The position numbers were made by a program, and so were the translations under genes. A stretch of 63,672 nt of DNA, the filler included, from Octopus bimaculoides (taxonomy: Eukaryota): NCBI RefSeq assembly GCF_001194135.2. It is 5 parts of 5 records of this genome, joined end to end, with 100 filler letters (N's around TTAATTAATTAA, not from the genome) between each part and the next. Parts side by side here need not be neighbours in the genome. Positions count along the whole stretch, not along the records: positions 1 to 31,918 come from NC_068986.1; positions 32,019 to 57,321 come from NC_068993.1; 3 more parts are not named here. One strand, written 5' to 3'. The notes beneath the pieces were generated by a model. That model searched no databases. It saw nothing but the letters and a program-made list of their open reading frames with translations, and was not told where the DNA came from. This document shows positions 26,337 to 39,700 of this stretch, in pieces. Every line of letters starts with the position of its first letter. Position 1 is the stretch's first letter.

Positions 26337-27608
26337 TTGGGTCATTCCATAAATAATGCGCTTATTTTTTTATACTTCTTTTATTTTTCAAAATTAAGAT
26401 AAACAAAGTTCTTTTTTAATCTGCAGTGCTCTTCAGTCTGCCTGGTAGACTTGTAAGGCCCCCCCCCCCTCTTCCAAAATTAACTTGTCTGTGATGAAAA
26501 ATACTCCTCCGGTACTGTTCTGACCTTGTCTACAGAATTCATATTTTCTCAGTCCAAATGATTTTGAAGACTGGAATAAATGGGAAATGATGCCCCACCC
26601 ACCATATTCGTTGAACATTAGTTCAATGAATATGGTGGGTGGGGCATCATTTCCCATTGAAACTGCTCCAGCCTTTGGAACGTCCTCCTCACTGTATGTG
26701 GCTGAGCATTATCCTGATGGAAGAACACCTGTCGTCTTGAAACCAAAGATGGTCACCTTTCTTCTAATGCTGACTTAAACCACTCAAGCTGCTCACAGTA
26801 GATCTTCTTTGTTATCATTTGGTTTGGGTTCAAAAGTTCAAAGTGGACTAAACTTTTCATATCTCCTCAAAAAGATAATAACATCTTATGTGGGTGAAAA
26901 CCTTCTTTAGCCTGGGGTGCCAATGTTTCTCTTTTCCCTACCCACTGTTTTTGGTACTTGACACTTTTATAGAGAACCCATTTCGCGTCACCAGTCACTC
27001 TTTGGTCCAAAAAAGTTTCATTTGTGAGACGTGACAACAAAGAAGAGCACACATTCAGTCTCTGCATGTGATTAGACTCGGAAAGTTGGTGAGAAACCCA
27101 TTGAAACAATTTGCTGACTTTTTCAATGGCACACAGGTGTCAATGAATGGTTGAACGACCAAATCCAAGCTTCTCTGCTAATTTTTTAACAGTTACTATG
27201 GGATTTTGTGCCACCAGAGTTTGCAGGATGCCCTTGCCAAGCTCTGCAGATCTTCCTGGATGAGACTTGTCTTCTAGGCTGTAGTTTTCAGTTTCAAATT
27301 TTTGCAATCACTGTTGACACTGGCTTACGCTTATTGTTCGATCCCCATATACTGCATTAATATTCTCCACACTTTCCATTGCGTTATAAAGCAAAATATG
27401 CCGAATACGATCCTTTGTCACTTCTATTATAGCTTTGAAAAAATAACTGTTAAAATCGAACTGTACTCTTCAAAACTTGAACTAAGAATAAGGACAAGGT
27501 AAAATTACTACCTGCTTTTATAGCAAGTTGATACAGGTAGTTTATCCCATTCCCCTCTGACTTTTAGTTAATGCAGTTGAAAAAAGCCACATTATTCATG
27601 GGATGACT

Positions 27609-27613
<5 letters not shown>
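26337..27613 (-). mobile_element. Mariner transposon, near full-length, with a transposase pseudogene
   Basis: TA-flanked TIRs TTGGGTCATTCCATAAATAATG / CATTATTCATGGGATGACTCAA. Minus-strand remnants read QWVSHQL, VTGDAKWVLY, HPHKMLLS, HQDNAQPH and WEMMPHPPYS, with stops and frameshifts. Confidence 0.9.
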
Positions 27614-27647
<34 letters not shown>

Positions 27648-28284
27648 CATGTACAGTGGGGTTCTTTCAGTTTCCATCTACTTCAACTACACACAAGGAT
27701 TTGGTTGGTCTGAGGCTATAGTACAAAAGACTTGCCCAAGGTGCCACACAGTGAGACTGAACCTGGAATCATGTGGCTGGGAGGCAAGCTTCTTACCACA
27801 CAACCCTGCCTGCGCCTATACTTTTTCTTTCTTGTGTGTGTGTGTGTGTGTGTATAAATGTGACATGTTTTTATGGGAGATAACTGGTCTTAGGTTTTGA
27901 ATTCTTGCACAGGACCTAGCATACAATAAGGTTAGGACAGTTATTAATAGAATATGGATTAAACAGAAATTTAGTCAGATGTAGCTAAGCCAGAGATCTT
28001 CCATAACAGGGCTAACAAGGGCCACATCAAGGCAATAGATCGATAAAAACAAGGATAATAAAGAAGCCTACATTTAGGCCATATATCTACTCTAACAGGT
28101 CTATTGTTACAGCAGATCAATGGATGGATGACTGGATGAATGATTTGATGGAGGAGAGATGGATAGATAAATTATTGGATAGTTGGATTGATGAATGGAT
28201 GGTTTGGTTGGCCACATAACTGTCAGGTTCTCTAAATGTTAACCACATTCTGTTTATATATCCTATATATTTATATATATATAT

Positions 28285-28333
<49 letters not shown>

Positions 28334-28943
28334 TATATAGCAGGTACTACACCCTATACTACTCACACTCCAGTTGCTTTCTCTTGCTATCATATCATCC
28401 ACTAGCTGTAACTGCTGCCTTAAAGGTTTGTTATTGATTGATTATTTTTTATTGATTTTTGCAATATGATTTCTTAAGGTACAAATTTATGTATGTATGT
28501 ATGTATGTATGTATGTATGTATAATGCAGTTTGTATGCATGTATTGTGCAAATCAATCTGCATATATATTGAATGTGTGTGTGTGTGTGTGTGTGTGCCT
28601 TTGATAGTAAGTCCCTTTGTGTGCGTATTGCATTCAAATCTTGATGTATCTTGTGTGTGTGTGTGTGTCCGTGTCCCCATACTTATTTTGGCGTTAATAA
28701 AGTTATTAGAGATATGAAATTCCTATGGAGATATTGTTTAGCTGAAGAAGAATGTGGGAGGTGTTGATGGTGAGCGTAGTTGTTGTTTAAGGGCCCATAA
28801 AGAATTGAATGAATAGGGTATTGTTTGGGATTGAGAGAATGAGAAAGATTGTGCAGAGTAGGGAGTATGATAGAAAGAAAGGTATATGGAAGTGTAAGGA
28901 GAAATGGTGTACGTTTATAATATAGGGGCAGTATGTGTGTGTT

Positions 28944-29480
28944 GGGGGTAAAAAGTGTGTAGATAATGTAGCAGGGGAGAAATTCTGTAGGTTTATAGGC
29001 AAAATGTGTATGTGTGGGTGAATAGCTAAGGTTTATACGTAGAATATAAGGGGAAATGTGTTTGGATAAGGGGGAATGGTATATATAGGTTTGCAGAAGG
29101 GGTGGGGGACAATGATGATGATGTAAGTTTATAGAGTTTATAAACAAAGTAGGGGGTAAAAAGTGTGTAGATAATGTAGCAGGGGAGAAATTCTGTAGGT
29201 TTATAGGCAAAATGTGTATGTGTGGGTGAATAGCTAAGGTTTATACGTAGAATATAAGGGGAAATGTGTTTGGATAAGGGGGAATGGTATATATAGGTTT
29301 GCAGAAGGGGTGGGGGACAATGATGATGANNNNNNNNNNGGGAAATTGTGAAGGTTTATAGGTAAGAGTAGGGGTAATTATGAAGGTTTATAGGTAAAAG
29401 TAGGGGGTAATTATGAAGGTGTATAGGTAAAAGTAGGGGCTAATTGTGGAGGTTTATAGATAAAAGTATGGGGAAATTGG
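28944..29480. repeat. 208-bp perfect tandem duplication built on a ~30-bp AGGTTTATAGGTAAAAGTAGGGG minisatellite
   Basis: The block starting at 28944 recurs identically at 29152, running to the gap at 29330. Shorter subunits continue to about 29480. Confidence 0.7.
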
Positions 29481-29949
29481 TGTAGGGATATATTTAGAGC
29501 AAGGGGAACGATGCAGAAGATTTATAAGTAGATTTTATAGGTAAAGTATTGAGTGGTTTCTGTTTCTAGCAAACTCTGTGTGTGTGGGGGGGGAGGTGAA
29601 TGAGAAACGATGTAGGGGGAATATTTGGAAGAATCATTGTTGTTTTATAGGCAGTGAGAACTGATGTACCATTTTCTATAGCTTTGGCTTCATCCATTCC
29701 TTGTGTATGAAATTGAGGATGGAAACTGTATAAAATCATGTCAGATAGAATGTACCTGTGAGTCAAATGCACAACCTTGTCAAATCTTGTGTTGTGATGA
29801 TTCTGTTTGGGGTAATTCATTAAAGGTACACAAGTCTAGGAAATGCTTAGCCACTTAGCCACTTACAAGTATCAATGACTTGATACTTCAGTTGGTCAAA
29901 CAACTGAATATTCATTGTTGAAACCAACAAATATGTGTGTGTGTGTGTG

Positions 29950-30140
29950 TTGGTTTCAAATTTTGGTACAAGGCTAGTAATTTTGGGGAAAGGGTATAGT
30001 TGATTATGTCAACCCCAGTATTCAACTGGTACTTTTTCTTCGGCCCTAAAAGAATGAAAAGTCAAAATGACCTTAGTGGAATTTGAACTCAGAATGTAAA
30101 ACTGAGCGAAATGGTGCAAAGAATTTTACCTGTCGTGTTA
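29950..30140 (-). mobile_element. SINE family C, antisense copy
   Basis: TTGGTTTCAAATTTTGGTACAAGG...AACCCCAGT...GGAATTTGAACTCAGAATGTAAA. Confidence 0.6.
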
Positions 30141-30608
30141 AGGTAGGATCCAAGGATTAAGATGTAGGAAGTTACTAACCTTTGAGTAGTCTGTAGAAGG
30201 AACAAAAACAACTTTCAGGAACAACAGTGGTTTGTTGACGTAGAAAGTTGTAAATTTTTCCGATATTGAAGTTCAATAAGCTGAAAAAAAGGTTATTTTA
30301 TAGTTCACAGTTAGTAGCTGGGATTGCTGTGTATGCAAATAAAAATCCAAATTTAGGGAACTGAGTAGATAAAAATATATGTAGCCTGGATTTTATCTAC
30401 TCCATTCCCTGTCAGTTTTTCATGATCTGAAAAAAAGCACACTTTAAATAACTTTTTTGAGCAGTAACATTTTATGTAGTCATTGGTTATAGCTGGTCAG
30501 AAAGTCAGTGTTAGTTTTGTGTCTGTTATTGCTAAGAGCAATGGTAGACATGAAACTAATGGTAATACTTTCTGACTGGCCACAACCAATAACTACATAA
30601 TGTATGTA

Positions 30609-30645
<37 letters not shown>

Positions 30646-31002
30646 ATATTAGGGACAAAATCCAAAATTACAGGTAAAAAACTCAATTAAAATCAATTTA
30701 TAAAAAAATAAAATTAAATTGAGCCTTATAGATAAAGTATATATAAAATATATNNNNNNNNNNNNNNNNNNNNNNNNNNNNNNNNNNNNNNNNNNNNNNN
30801 NNNNNNNNNNNNNNNNNNNNNNNNNNNNNNNNNNNNNNNNNNNNNNNNNNNNNNNNNNNNNNNNNNNNNNNNNNNNNNNNNNNNNNNNNNNNNNNNNNNN
30901 NNNNNNNNNNNNNNNNNNNNNNNNNNNNNNNNNNNNNNNNNNNNNNNNNNNNNNNNNNNNNNNNNNNNNNNNNNNNNNNNNNNNNNNNNNNNNNNNNNNN
31001 NN

Positions 31003-31053
<51 letters not shown>

Positions 31054-31185
31054 GACATATATACATAAAAGTTTGTGTGTGCATGCAAATATACATATAT
31101 ATATGTAGCTGTAATGATTGGTTGCAATGATATCTAATATGTGTATATATACACACATATATTCATAGACATACATGCAAATGAA

Positions 31186-31216
<31 letters not shown>

Positions 31217-31304
31217 GTATACATATACAGTTATCTTTCTCTTGCTCTCTCTCTCCCCTCTCTCTTGCTCTTTCTCTCTCCTCTCTCTTCTCACTCTCTC
31301 TCAC

Positions 31305-31398
31305 CTCTCTTGCTCTTCTTCTCCACTCTCTTGCTCTTCTTCTCCACTCTCTTGCTCTTCTCCACTCTCTTGCTCTTCTTCTCCACTCTCTTGCTCTC
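31305..31398. repeat. 21-bp pyrimidine-rich minisatellite (CTCTCTTGCTCTTCTTCTCCA) within a (CT)-rich tract
   Basis: About four to five tandem units are visible directly. Confidence 0.6.
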
Positions 31399-31855
31399 TC
31401 TCTCTCTCTCACCCTTGCTCTCTACCTGTCTGTCTGTCTCTCTCTGTTTCATAGTCTGCGCCAATGCAATGAATTTAGGAAAAAACTGGTGTTGTTTAAT
31501 ATAAAAGAAGGAAAATAAACAGCCACAGGATGTTTTGCATTAAATCACCAATATTGTAAAATATTGATAGTTGCTGCTGTACTGTTTCAATGCCAGAGAC
31601 AGCAACAATTGGCTGCAAATATGTCATTGTCTTTATCCCTCTCTCTCTCTCTCTACTTCTCCCTCTTTTCTATTTGTTTATTTATTTGCTTTGTTTTTTA
31701 TTCATACCATTGCTGGTGTGAAGACATTTTCATTGTAAATAAGTCGGAATCTGAATTTTGATTGCAAAGTTGGATATTTTATTGCACATGTGTATGTAAA
31801 TGTGTGTGTTTGTTCATGTGTGTGTAGTGCATATATGTCAATGTTTGTGTGTGTA

Positions 31856-31918
<63 letters not shown>

Positions 31919-32018
31919 NNNNNNNNNNNNNNNNNNNNNNNNNNNNNNNNNNNNNNNNNNNNTTAATTAATTAANNNNNNNNNNNNNNNNNNNNNNNNNN
32001 NNNNNNNNNNNNNNNNNN
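31919..32018. other. Artificial scaffold-join linker (44 N + TTAATTAATTAA + 44 N)
   Basis: Exactly 100 bp. The 12-mer at 31963-31974 places stops in all six frames. The same layout occurs four times in the window. Confidence 0.95.
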
Positions 32019-32070
<52 letters not shown>

Positions 32071-32833
32071 AAGCTAGTTAGACAAACAAGATATAGATAC
32101 ATACATAAGATATAGACAGCTAGATACAGAGATAGAGATGGATAGATAGATATAAATAGAGAGACGCTAGAAAACCGGAAGTAAATATTAAAAATAAAAC
32201 TTTCAAAGTCGTGAATCTAATACAAAAAGAAATATGTTTTTTAATGACAAATGGATGTAAGGGAGACAATCAATTTCTGAAAGTTACCTCGCAAAGTGTT
32301 ACACCTCGCTTCTCCATGTAACAAAGGACGGGTATTCTCTGCCCCCAGTGGGGGATGTTACTCATTATGTAAAAACTTTTAAGAGTCTAAGACCATCCCT
32401 GGAACATAAGTAATGCATGTTCTCAGTTTGGAGAAAATCAGTTGAAAAATACAGCTGTTATAATCTTTTGCATACACACAGAGAACGGGATTTATATTAT
32501 AGATACACACACACCCATGCACAGACACACACACACGCACACACACACACAAACACACATCCATAAATGAAGGGTTGAACAGAAAGAATACAATAAGGTA
32601 AAAGATGAGACAAAAACACTGCAAACGTAAGACGAAAACACACCAACCAGAGAACAAACGGAAAACGCAATATACGGAAAATTAGACAAAACCATAACAA
32701 ACGGGAAACTGGACAAAAACAAGAAAGCTAAATTGATAACACCAATAATAATAATAATGATAATAATAATAATAATAATAATAATAACTTAAGATAATAA
32801 TAATAACAACAATAATAAAGATAATGATGATGT

Positions 32834-32873
<40 letters not shown>

Positions 32874-33079
32874 AATGATGATGATAATGATGATGTATAT
32901 ATATATATAATAAAATTGGTAACTGACTTCACAGTTTAGTATAGTTACTACGCTATCTCTATCGCTTCTTGAGATTTTACAACTTGCTATTTTGCTTGTC
33001 ACACACACACATACGCACACACACATACACACACACACACACACACACGCGCGCACACACTTACACACGTATAAATATA

Positions 33080-34345
33080 TATAGCGGGAGAATTCACAAA
33101 AAACAAAAGACGAAGACAGATGGTGTAGACAACAAACAGATGTATTAGTTTAACTCTCGGGTAGTGAAGAAGTCTTTAACGTTTCTACGCTCTTCCACAG
33201 TAAAGAAAACAGAAAGAAGCAAGGTGAGAAAATAAAGAATGTGTAGTGGCTAGCGATCTATCATGGCGAATGCCGGACAGAGGGGTCACACAGGAGAGCT
33301 AGGAAGAAGGGAGATAATAAAGTACTGGTGATCCCAAAACGAAGGTGCGCATGCGTCTGTATAAGAGAGTATGTATGTGCGTGTGGAAGAGGGCTGGTGA
33401 CCTTGACGGGTGCATGTGTGAATGTGTAGGCGTGTGGCTGTGGGGCTGGGAAGTGGTCAGTTATGCGTGTGCGTGGTGGTCTGATGTGATGTGATGTGAT
33501 GTGATGTAGTGTTGTGTGGTATGGTGGTGTTTGGTGTAGTGGTGTGTGTTGTGGTGTGATGGTGTTGGGAGGTGGGGAGAAGAAAGTGGGGAAATGAAGG
33601 GTGGGGCGTGGGTTAGGCTGATCGTGAGGTAGAGGTGGGGTATGAGGGTAGGCTAAGGGTGGGAGTAGGTGTAAGGGATGGGGTGGGATGGGGGTCGAGT
33701 GGGTGTATGTAGAGTAGGTGTAAGGGATGGGGTGTGATGGGATGAATAGGGTAGGTGGGATGGGATGGACTGGGCCGGTGGGGTTAGATTGAGTAGAGGT
33801 GGGTTAGATGAAAGGGTGAAGGGAGAAGGTGGGTAGAAGTGAAGAGAAGAGAGGAGAGAAGAGAGGTAGGAGTTGGAGCAAGAGGGAAGAGGTGGGTGGG
33901 AGGAAGTAGGTGTGAGTGGGAGAGAAGAGAGGGGAGGATGTTAGATAAAGAGTGGAGGAGAGGAGAGCGAAGAGAGAAGATTAATTACTCACGGCGCAAG
34001 GACAATCCGAACACAGACAGGTGTTGCAAAGAGTGACCGGTAGAGCGGAAATGGCGCGAGACCGGTGTGTCATTGCCGAGTCGGATGTATGGAGAAGGTC
34101 AGAGAGAGCTGGAGATGCAGTAGATGACATTGGTAGAAGTGCAGGTGAAGGAGTCGGTGATGTGGTAGGGTCGAATGTGGGTGTCGGTGAGGAGGGTGGT
34201 GTTGGAGAGGTAAGGGCAAATGCGACAGCGTGGGCGGGATCAGGGGAACGAGCCCGTTTGGGAGGTTGAGTTAGGGAAGAAGCTATGGGTCAAGAGGTCT
34301 CGTAGGTTGTGGGCTCGTTTGAAGGAGGGGAGGGGTCGGACAAAA
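33080..34345 (-). mobile_element. Penelope-like retroelement 3' fragment (GIY-YIG region remnant, 3' UTR and pLTR-like end)
   Basis: The minus frame of 33985-34345 reads FKRAHNLRDLLTHS...RCRICPYL...FTCTSTNVIYCISS...TPVSRHFRSTGHS, the PLE C-terminal Cys/GIY-YIG/His pattern, with stops and a deletion. Confidence 0.75.
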
Positions 34346-34595
34346 ATACATACATACATACATATATACTCCATAGACGAGATCCAGAGATTCTCACTAT
34401 TCAAAACACCTGGTAGTCCTCGAATGATGCAAGCTTACACTCCGATGTCTTTACTTGGATGAATAATTCTACGGAGTAAAGAATATCTATAAGATGGAGC
34501 AAGCTGAGCAGGTATAGATACAATTATGCGGTTACACAAATTAGATATATTGAATATAACACATTGGGTATGAAATACAAAATATGAGTGTGCGC

Positions 34596-34638
<43 letters not shown>

Positions 34639-35851
34639 AATGCAAGATAAAACAAAAAGTGGAGACTTTCAGCTGATGAATATATATTTAAGTATAAATA
34701 TGTAAATATTTATACATTAATATATCAATAGATCCAACTTACACTGAGTACAAACGACAGAGAAATGTTAAGGGCTTGAAGAAAGGTATTATAAGTCCAC
34801 CTGGTGACTCAGAGATCAGTCATAATGCGATAATAATGGAAGGAATCAACATTGGATAAGAGGAGCCGCCGTCGTTAAGTTAGAAAGTGTATTACCTTTC
34901 AGATCTTAGTGTAGAGAAGTTATAAGGCAGAATGATTATATGTAGAGAGCTAGCCGTATTTGAAAGGGATTTAGGAGGTTACGTGAGGTTATGGGGAGTG
35001 TTAAGACGGAGAATGGTGAATGTAGATAAGACGGCTACTTCAGAAAGTGGGAGGTGTTATTAATGATGGTAAGCTGGATGTATTAATATAAATATCTATA
35101 TATTTACACTTTAAATATTCATTGTCTGAAAGTTTCTAGGTTTTGCTTTCTTTCGTTTATCATGTACACATATATACATATTTTGTATTTCATATCCAAA
35201 CTGATATATCTAATTTGTTTATTCTCATAATTGCCTACACACACAGACACAGAAACACACACACACAAGCACACATATAAGCACACACACAAGCACACAC
35301 ACACACAAAAACAAATTAACATTTGTGTTTTTATAAGCGTTGAAATATGTATTGTAATGTGCAAATAAGACCATTTATTTTCAAAACCAGAAGCCCCATG
35401 AGAACAGCAGAAATATTGGCTAAATTACTCTTACAAGGCGAAAGATGTCAACAAACACCCATGGTAGTTTGAAAGAAAATTATCATCTTATTTGTGTGTT
35501 GTGTGTGTATATATATATGTATATATNNNNNNNNNNATGTATGCATGTATGCATGTATGTATGTATGTATGTATGTATGTATGTATGCATGCATGTATGT
35601 ATGCTTGCATGTAGTGAGTCAACAGAGGAGATGTAGAGATTCTCATTATAGAAAAAAATTAATACCTCCCAAATGATTTCATCACACCCCACGAAAGCTT
35701 TATGGAGGACTAAGTCTGTTTCCATATTCTGGTAAACTTAATCTCCCAACAATATGGTGGAACTCCGACCCTCACAAACTGCATTCGGATATGTAGCACC
35801 ATACCTCCTCCCCCTTTTTGATGTGTTTCTATCCTGTTTAAGTTTGCCGCG

Positions 35852-35899
<48 letters not shown>

Positions 35900-36672
35900 N
35901 NNNNNNNNNNNNNNNNNNNNNNNNNNNNNNNNNNNNNNNNNNNNNNNNNNNNNNNNNNNNNNNNNNNNNNNNATGTATATATAAAATTAAAATAAACAAC
36001 AGGATATCCAGAGTTGATGCAAACACTACAATCGAATATGTAAATGCCAGTGATCAATCTTTATAGATACCACCTAATAAGTATTATGATGAGCTTGGGT
36101 AGTTACTTTATACCACTTCAAAATAATCTTGACAAGTTTTATGACTATACCCATTATGATTCTGCCAACTACTTCATGCCCTTTCCTAACAGACACTATT
36201 CTCTGGTCTTAGATTTAAATATACAAAGATTTGATAAGCAAGACTAATAAATTAAAACTGAACTAAAATCAGTGACAAGCTATGACCCTAACGAATTTTT
36301 TTTCTCCTGATGTCTTAGAAGCTCCTAAGCTGAAGTGAAAACAACATGGACTTTGTCTTCTTTCCCTCTAAGAGGATTTAAGTAAAATTATACGACTATG
36401 ACTGACTGATTAAATAAATTCTATTAATCTATTTATGCAGCCAAGGATAGCCTTGCATTTAAATTGATGTAATTGTTGCATTGTTCAATTAAATGGAGTC
36501 GCTTGAAACGGTCGTACTGCATCACCTCTGGATATCCTCTTGGTCACCTTATTTACAAGTTGTACGGTTAATACCGCACTAATTTTTGGTGCTTCAGCTT
36601 AAGTTTCTAATTCATCTGAATCCCAATTATTTTGCTTACATATATATANNNNNNNNNNNNNNNNNNNNNNNN

Positions 36673-36705
<33 letters not shown>

Positions 36706-39700
36706 CATAACTTGGCGAATATTATGTTTCAGCACAACAGAAGATACATTTGTGTAAGATGCTGTTCTGTGTGTTTGGTGCCGAAAACCCTAATTTCGCA
36801 GGAATCCCTATTCTGTTGAAAGTTTTGGCATTCAGCTACAGTAACACACGCATACATGAACACATTATGAGTGCGTGTGTGGTATCGGTGAGTGTGTGAG
36901 TGTGTGAGTGTAAATGAGTGTGTTTGCTCAAATATGTGCGAAATACTTTTGTAATTGCTACTTTTATTTCATTTATCTTGCGGATAAGCATTCGATAAAT
37001 CAATAAACATTTCAGATTCTTTTTCTTCCAACATACTAAATCGTCACGTAATACAGGGGAAGTGCAGAAAAAAATAACCCAGTGCACCAACCATAAAGCA
37101 AAGGTCCACAGATATGTTCGTAAACCGAAATAATTTTCATAAACTATTACATATAAATCACCAAATTCTGACACATGAGAAAGCGGTGGTGGGAGGACAA
37201 AAGAGAGAGATAAAGCAATTTACTTTGCTTTGAATCATATTGTGAAAACATGCTGCCTGTATGCATATCCCCATCTCAATAAACGAGTGAATTGGTGGTT
37301 TGATTTGATTTGTTTTTCCGGAAAGTACTTATCTGTAAGTCGATCTTAGGTGTCTCGAATGCTTAGGGGTCTTATAATGTATTGAAGCCAGAACTTCATT
37401 GTATTGTAACTGTCTTATTAACATTTAGTTCTGCTAAGCTATCTAAATAGATGTGCTATTATTAAACATACAACGTACCGACAGTATAAAGGATTAATTC
37501 TAAACGCTGTGTGATTAAATGTCGTTATTATGATTCATTTACTGCTGGCTGCGTAAGCAAAGGGTCACAGTTTCGTTCTTTGTATACGCATGCATCCCTT
37601 TACATGTACGTTGATACACACAGACAAAGAAAAGCTGAGTGAAAATTAATACAGTTAAATAATATTGTATATAATCATGAATCTAGCTATTGACACTCAC
37701 GTATTCGATTCACCTCTAACATTAATGCTAATTTTAAGTATACCCTCCATGTAATAAATTGATGGGGTATGAATGATGGGGTTATTAGACAAGAGGTCAA
37801 GGCTGTGACACAGAAAATCTTCTCATGTAATATATTGATGTGTCATATAAACTTATTGACAATCTGATGAAACATAATTGACGATAACTTGCACATTTCG
37901 CATGGCGTTAATGGTTTTAGTGCAACAAAGAGATGAGACTGTGCAAAGAGAGTATTTACAGATAAATCTATTGATGATGGGCCGTGTCGAACTGATATCA
38001 TCAATTTACGATATAATGACGTTTAGATATTGAACGAGGTCATTACTTTATTGGCATTGCAAATTGAGAAGCTACGACATTGAAATATTACACCAAGAAG
38101 GCAAATTTCAAATATACATGATTTCACCACTACATACTTAATTAATATCATTCTGAGTAAATGTGTATGTTCAGAAATATTTTGCCTGGATAATCTAAAA
38201 CAGAATTCTGTTGGATGTTATATAACCAACCTAGAGACATTGCTTAAATAAATGATCTTCGTGAAAGACATCAGTATGATTATATTATTTAAATAGATAA
38301 GGAAAACCACACGTCTTCGTGCTTCTTTGTTTGTGTAGTTTGAGGAAAATAAAATGGTCTGCATAGACTTGAACAAGATACTTTCTTCAAGCAGTATGTC
38401 ACATCAAAACTCTCTTTATAAGAAAACAGTTGGAAATTCGGCAACAATTTCTTAGTTTAATAAAATATATCGTTCTTTTGTAAGTTGCATACTTATGTCA
38501 AACATTTCTAAAACGTTTTTGGTTTTAGAATATGTGTTTGTCCCTTTTCTCACATTTTATGTGACTTCTGTTATACTTTATTCTTACATCTAATGTGGTT
38601 ATTAAATAGATTAAAAGTAAAGCGAAAAAAGCATTTTGTTCTTTTAAAGAAAGACAATATCCTAGAATCTTGTTTTTGTAATTAACTTTTTGTTTTGTCG
38701 CTAATTTTTTTTTACTTTAAAACCGACCATACTTTAAAGGGTTCAGTTCTGGCTAGCACCTATAAATGATTGAAACGTCTCTCTTCACAAATATTATCCT
38801 TGTATCGTTAACAATTGTTAGCGGTGGTAATGGACATAAGCTTAAATATGACGTTCAAATGCTTCAGAGTGTATATAAGAGTATGCCAGGCTCTAATATC
38901 ATAACACATTAATATCAAATCTAATCGAGATTGCCTTGTTACTCTAATCGATATGTATAAAAATGGTATTTACAAGCTGTAATAGGAAATTAATCTGGTT
39001 GTGAGTGCGCTGATGAATCTGAATTTTTCGAATACCTAATTATGTAAAAGTGATATGCATCTTAACTTTCAACGATGGCGATGACAATCAGGTAGGGCAC
39101 GAGTGTTTTTAAGGAATCTACTAAGGCATCTGTAGAGCTGCACAATTAGACCGCTTATAGAATGTGAAAGAAAGAGTTAGTACACATAGTATGAAGCTAA
39201 TGTATTGTTCCCGACATCACAAAGTTAGATATCAATATAGAACAAGCAGAGAAACGTGGCATTTATAAACTACAACTGGAGATACAGTGATTTTGCGGAT
39301 TCCAGATATTTAATGTACACCTATAAATAATCACCGTAAAATATACAGTTTTCATATAGCCATCAGTGTAGTATTTTTACCCAACTTACAAACAGTCGAA
39401 CATGTACTCCTTCATAATAAATAGGATTTATCACTTCTCGGAGCATACAACTTGCTAAAAAAATGTAGCAATGCCTTCATCTGTATTAAAACAAATATTT
39501 AGTAATCACCTTTCAATGAAAACAACTCTTGTTATTATTGTAAGAACAATACTAGTACTAGAACAATATAAATAATATATATCTTAGTATTTGAACATAT
39601 ATATTGTACAGATGCCGATAATGATGTTAATGTCACAACTCCTCTTTAAAATCCAGTCACTGCAATCCACATTCGGTCTTTTAAAACTGCACTATTTCAA

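Noticed and set aside
31963-31974. TTAATTAATTAA as a biological motif
   Set aside because: It is centred in exactly 44+44 Ns at four sites, which marks it as an assembly spacer.
33170-33205. Hammerhead ribozyme in the PLE terminal repeat (minus strand CTGTGGAAGAGCGTAGAAACGTT)
   Set aside because: The core deviates from CTGANGA and stem II lacks its 3' arm in this copy, so it cannot fold.
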